A stretch of 64,000 nucleotides of DNA from an uncultured Candidatus Actinomarina sp. (lineage in GTDB: Bacteria > Actinomycetota > Acidimicrobiia > Actinomarinales > Actinomarinaceae), in NCBI GenBank assembly GCA_902526825.1, contig CABZMN010000001.1:139042-203041 (forward strand). The letters are read 5' to 3'. A model generated the notes under the pieces. It did not search any database and was not told where the DNA came from. It saw nothing but the letters and a program-made list of their open reading frames with translations. This document shows, one piece after another, positions 60,569 to 64,000 of the stretch (the stretch's first letter is position 1; each line of letters starts with the position of its first letter). A program made the translations under genes and the position numbers.

Positions 60569-60864
60569 TAAATTTAGAAATAACTTCTTTTGCAAAAACT
60601 CTTTGTAAAGGTTTAAAACAATATTTAAAAAATGAGAACATCAAAATTGATGATCTAGATTTTCAAGAGTTAGAAAATATATTAATTAATGAGTTCAATC
60701 TTTCTTATTCTGAGCAAACACAAACTCCAACTCAATTATTGAATAATTTTACCAAAACAATTTACAAATTTGAAAAAGTTATTACACCTCAAGATTTAGG
60801 TATTGAAGCTCATGAGCAGATTATGATTTGGGGTCTATTAAAAGCTGATAATTTCAATGATTAA
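60565..60864 (+). CDS. Hypothetical small protein
   Basis: 99 aa acidic soluble ORF, translationally coupled between the CvpA-CAP gene and the MATE gene. No recognisable motifs. Confidence 0.3.
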   Translation: MINLEITSFAKTLCKGLKQYLKNENIKIDDLDFQELENILINEFNLSYSEQTQTPTQLLNNFTKTIYKFEKVITPQDLGIEAHEQIMIWGLLKADNFND

Positions 60865-62137
60865 TACAGTTAGAAAAGATATTTGGATTAATTCATATCC
60901 CATTTTTTTATGGCTAGCCTTAGAACCGATAGTTGGTCTAATTGATTCAAAGATTGCTAGTTTTATAAATTTAGACACGCTTTCTGCAATTGGTATTGGA
61001 GAAACGATTTATTTTGTTTTTATTTGGGTTTTTATCTTCTTAGCATATGGAACAACACCACTTGTTTCCTCCCTTAATACTAAAAATGAAATTAATAAAT
61101 TAAGTTATTTTATAAAGTTCGGAAGAAATGTTTCCATATTGCTAGGTTTAGGATCATTTTTAATTTTGTACATAAGTAGTGGTTATTTAATTTCGACTTT
61201 TCAACCTACACCAAATATACAGCTACTTTCTACTGATTATCTAGTCTTTAGATGTATAGGACTACCATTTTATTTAGTAAATATGCATTCCACTGCTGTA
61301 TTGAGGGGTTTAAAGTATGCAAAAATTACTTTTTATAGTTCATTAATAGTATCAATCTCAAATATATTTTTTAGCTTATTTTTTGGACTATTCCTAGGTT
61401 TTGGTGCTGGCGGGATTGGATTTGCTAGTTCACTCGCCTTTTTTTGTTCTTCCATTTATTCAACAATTATTCTAAAAAAACAATTAAGTGATATTCCTTC
61501 CACTGAAGAGCAAATAGACAAACCTAGTTTACGAAAAAAATTTTTTAGCGTTGGAACATATATTTTGATTAGATCATTATTTCTTACCTTGTTCATGGCA
61601 TATTTAAGAAATAGAGCTTCCCTAATGTCTATGCAGGAAATAGCCTTGCAACACATCTTGCTTCAGTTATGGTCAATAGGTTATATTTTTGTTGATGCAA
61701 TTGCGATTGCTTCTCAAACACTAATTTCTGAACTTGTTTCAAAAAAAGAAAAATACCAAAAATCCAGATTACAAAAAGAACTTGTGTCAGTAACAACAGC
61801 GATATCTTTCATCCTTGCGTTAATAACTCTTTTATTTTTAGATAATTTTGTTGAAATGTTTGGGGATGACAAATTTGATCTATATATCGATTTACAATTA
61901 ACAGTTCTTGTTGCTCTAAGTCTATTTATAGGTTGTTACGCATTTCTTTGGGACGGTGTTCTTCTAGGACTTGATAGGGCTAAAGAATTTTCTTTTCTTA
62001 CTGTGGCTTCTTCAGTTTCTGGATTTTTAGTTTGCACTTACCTATTAAGAACACAGAATACAATATCAATACTTTGGATTGGTTTAAATGTTAGTTTGGT
62101 ATTTAGATCTTTACTTGGATATATATATCAGAAATAA
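60857..62137 (+). CDS. MATE-family efflux transporter
   Basis: 426 aa with 12 TM helices. N-terminal 'WLALEPIVGLIDSKIASFINLDTLSAIGIGETIYF' is typical of MATE (NorM/DinF-like) transporters. Confidence 0.7.
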   Translation: MINTVRKDIWINSYPIFLWLALEPIVGLIDSKIASFINLDTLSAIGIGETIYFVFIWVFIFLAYGTTPLVSSLNTKNEINKLSYFIKFGRNVSILLGLGSFLILYISSGYLISTFQPTPNIQLLSTDYLVFRCIGLPFYLVNMHSTAVLRGLKYAKITFYSSLIVSISNIFFSLFFGLFLGFGAGGIGFASSLAFFCSSIYSTIILKKQLSDIPSTEEQIDKPSLRKKFFSVGTYILIRSLFLTLFMAYLRNRASLMSMQEIALQHILLQLWSIGYIFVDAIAIASQTLISELVSKKEKYQKSRLQKELVSVTTAISFILALITLLFLDNFVEMFGDDKFDLYIDLQLTVLVALSLFIGCYAFLWDGVLLGLDRAKEFSFLTVASSVSGFLVCTYLLRTQNTISILWIGLNVSLVFRSLLGYIYQK

Positions 62138-62138
62138 A

Positions 62139-62804
62139 TTATTTGACGGCTTTAAGAACGGGTCTTTCTAAGTAGTAACTTAGTATTTGTAATTCTTGTG
62201 AGAGATCGACAGATCTAATTTGAACATCTGGAATATTCTTTAATAATACTGGAGCAAAATTTAAAATTGACTTTACCCCACAGTCGACTAGTTGATCCGC
62301 AATTTCTTGAGCAACTTTTCCAGGTGTTGCAATAATGCCAATTGCAACATTGTACTTTTCACAAACACTTTTTATATCAGATGTGGACTTAACTACAAGG
62401 CCAGCTATTTGTTTATCGATTTTTTTTGGATCGTCATCAAATAAGCCGACAACGCCAAATCCTCGTTCTTGAAATCCTCCATAATGTGCAAGTGCTGATC
62501 CAAGGTTACCAACTCCAACTATTACAGCGCTCCATCCTTCGACCAAACCAAGTTCTAATTGAATCTGATTTCTCAATGTTGAAATATCATATCCTACACC
62601 TCTAGTTCCTAATGTGCCTAAATACGATAAATCTCTACGAACTTGAGCATCATTTACTTTTGCAATTTCTGCTAATCTTTTAGAAGAAATTCCAATATTT
62701 TCTTCACCAATTTGTTCTAAGCATTGAAGATATAGAGGTAACCTCTTTACTGTTGCTGGTGGTATATTGCTATTTTCTTTCACTAATGCACAATCTAATA
62801 ACAA
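62139..62804 (-). CDS. rex: Redox-sensing transcriptional repressor Rex
   Basis: 221 aa. 'IPPATVKRLPLYLQCL' (winged helix) and Rossmann 'AVIVGVGNLGSALAHY'. Confidence 0.85.
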   Translation of the reverse strand: MLLDCALVKENSNIPPATVKRLPLYLQCLEQIGEENIGISSKRLAEIAKVNDAQVRRDLSYLGTLGTRGVGYDISTLRNQIQLELGLVEGWSAVIVGVGNLGSALAHYGGFQERGFGVVGLFDDDPKKIDKQIAGLVVKSTSDIKSVCEKYNVAIGIIATPGKVAQEIADQLVDCGVKSILNFAPVLLKNIPDVQIRSVDLSQELQILSYYLERPVLKAVK

Positions 62805-62895
62805 TATAAAAATAAGGTAAGTTACATTTAAAATATTTTATTTTTACTTAAATTTATGATTTATTAATAAATAAGGTATTTTTAGGTCATAAATC

Positions 62896-64000
62896 ATGAA
62901 AAATAAGGAAATATTCGATGTTTTAATTATAGGGGCAGGTCCCTCTGGATCAAATACTGCAATTTCTTACAAAAATTTAAATCCTGATTTAAAAGTTGGA
63001 ATTATTGACAAAGCTATTTTTCCAAGAGATAAATCTTGTGGTGATGCAATTGGTCCTGGGGTAATTAATGCTTTAAAAAGATTTAACAATGAACATATAC
63101 TTGACGGTGAACCTGAGGTTATCTCAACATCTTTATTTGGTCCTGATAATATAGGAATCCAAAATTATATTCCAAAAGTTAAAAACAAAGATGATTCTGT
63201 TGTTTACGTTATCCCAAGATATGAACTCGATAATAGAATTTTTGAAATTGCAAAAAATCTTGATGCACATTCATATGAGGGTGTTAGGTATTTAAATTAT
63301 GAACAAACTGAAAATGAAGATATTTTAAAAGTAGAGATCGAAAATAGTGATAAAGAAAAAAAATTCTTATTCACAAAATTGTTGGTAGGTGCAGATGGTG
63401 CAAATTCAAGAGTTAGAAAAAGTTTAGATTTAAAACAAAATAGTGATATACACAAAGCAATTGCTATAAGAGCCTATATTGACAGTCCAAATTATTTAGA
63501 AATATTTAAAGAAAGAACGCTTATGTTTGAAATCAATGTCTCAGCATTAAAAGGTTATGCTTGGGCGTTCCCTAGCAAAGGTAATTTAATAAATATTGGT
63601 ATTGGTATGCCATTAAATTTATTTAAAAAAGACAAAATGGATATTAATGAAATGCTTGATAGCTTTATACGTACATTGGAATCAAAAGGAGTAATTGTTG
63701 ATAACTTAAGGATGGAAAAAAGTTATATGCTTCCTTTTGCTTCCTCTAGACCAAAACTTGCACATGATAAAGTAGCTCTTGTAGGAGATGCCGGTTCAAT
63801 GATCAACCCTATGAGCGGAGAAGGTATTTTTTACGGCATGGAAGCAGGATATTTACTTGCAAAAGAAACATTCGGTTCATTAAATTCAAAAAAAGAAAAT
63901 AATCTAAATAATAAATTAAAAAAATATGAAAGAGCCTTAAATAAAAGATTTGGAATGCATTTTCTTAGCTGTACAGTTGCTCGATTAGTTTTGCAAAGTC
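62896..64000 (+). CDS. FAD-dependent oxidoreductase, geranylgeranyl reductase family, partial (continues beyond window end)
   Basis: The frame is open from the ATG at 62896 to the window end. 'DVLIIGAGPSGSNTA' is the FAD dinucleotide motif. 'CGDAIGPG' and 'LVGDAGSMINPMSGEGIFYGMEAG' match the GDAAG..P.SGEGI motif of geranylgeranyl reductases. Confidence 0.7.
   Translation, partial: MKNKEIFDVLIIGAGPSGSNTAISYKNLNPDLKVGIIDKAIFPRDKSCGDAIGPGVINALKRFNNEHILDGEPEVISTSLFGPDNIGIQNYIPKVKNKDDSVVYVIPRYELDNRIFEIAKNLDAHSYEGVRYLNYEQTENEDILKVEIENSDKEKKFLFTKLLVGADGANSRVRKSLDLKQNSDIHKAIAIRAYIDSPNYLEIFKERTLMFEINVSALKGYAWAFPSKGNLINIGIGMPLNLFKKDKMDINEMLDSFIRTLESKGVIVDNLRMEKSYMLPFASSRPKLAHDKVALVGDAGSMINPMSGEGIFYGMEAGYLLAKETFGSLNSKKENNLNNKLKKYERALNKRFGMHFLSCTVARLVLQS

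Noticed and set aside
53743-62137. Possible genomic island integrated at tRNA-Thr(UGU), containing a GC-rich SBP, MATE and CvpA-CAP genes
   Set aside because: There is no integrase, recombinase or transposase. There is no direct repeat of the tRNA 3' end downstream. The GC-rich SBP shares its N-terminal tether motif with the BMP SBP elsewhere in the window, which argues that it is native. The gene content is ordinary transport.
62854-62899. Inverted repeat tATGATTTATt ... aATAAATCATg (9-10 nt arms, 24-nt spacer) between rex and the geranylgeranyl-reductase-family gene, overlapping the latter's start codon
   Set aside because: It does not resemble the Rex operator (TTGTGAA-N4-TTCACAA). Arms this short in ~85% AT sequence arise readily by chance, and no supporting second copy was seen.
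1-64000. CRISPR arrays, restriction-modification, toxin-antitoxin, phage or defence-island content
   Set aside because: No direct-repeat arrays were found. No cas, methyltransferase or endonuclease pairs, integrases, phage structural genes or short adjacent toxin-antitoxin-like ORF pairs were recognised. All intergenic gaps are under 135 bp.

Overview
This window reads as core chromosome of a low-GC (~30-35%), genome-streamlined actinobacterium. Genes are tightly packed, with many 4-20 bp overlaps and TTG/GTG starts. The gene order parallels the Mycobacterium blocks tilS-hpt-ftsH-folE-folP-folB-folK-panC-coaX-lysS-clpC and disA/carD-ispF-cysS-SpoU methyltransferase, and topA-tmk-holB. The composition would fit a marine 'Candidatus Actinomarina'-like lineage, but that is inference.

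I annotate about 60 protein genes. They are mostly housekeeping: pepN, gnd, hflX, sigma-70, tldD/tldE, leuCD, ald, topA, metK, ftsH, the folate cluster, clpC, lysS and cysS. There are three tRNAs: two tRNA-Thr and a 92-nt long-arm tRNA with a UCA anticodon that I call tRNA-Sec (selC). There are two ABC uptake systems: a BMP/nucleoside type and a Liv branched-chain amino-acid type. A K+-dependent membrane pyrophosphatase sits next to a cation/H+ antiporter. The window also holds an FeS-BCP-type photolyase-family gene, rex, a MATE exporter and a CvpA-CAP fusion protein.

I found no transposases, integrases, CRISPR arrays or recognisable defence or toxin systems, and no convincing multi-gene novel system. 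The most interesting items are:
- the putative selC, which implies selenoprotein use;
- a small phosphatase-fold-like gene lacking the catalytic Cys, inserted between folP and folB;
- strong GC and amino-acid compositional outliers at the two lipoprotein substrate-binding genes, which share an acidic Ala/Thr/Pro tether;
- a perfect 26-nt palindrome inside the BMP transporter operon;
- the pyrophosphatase-antiporter pairing.
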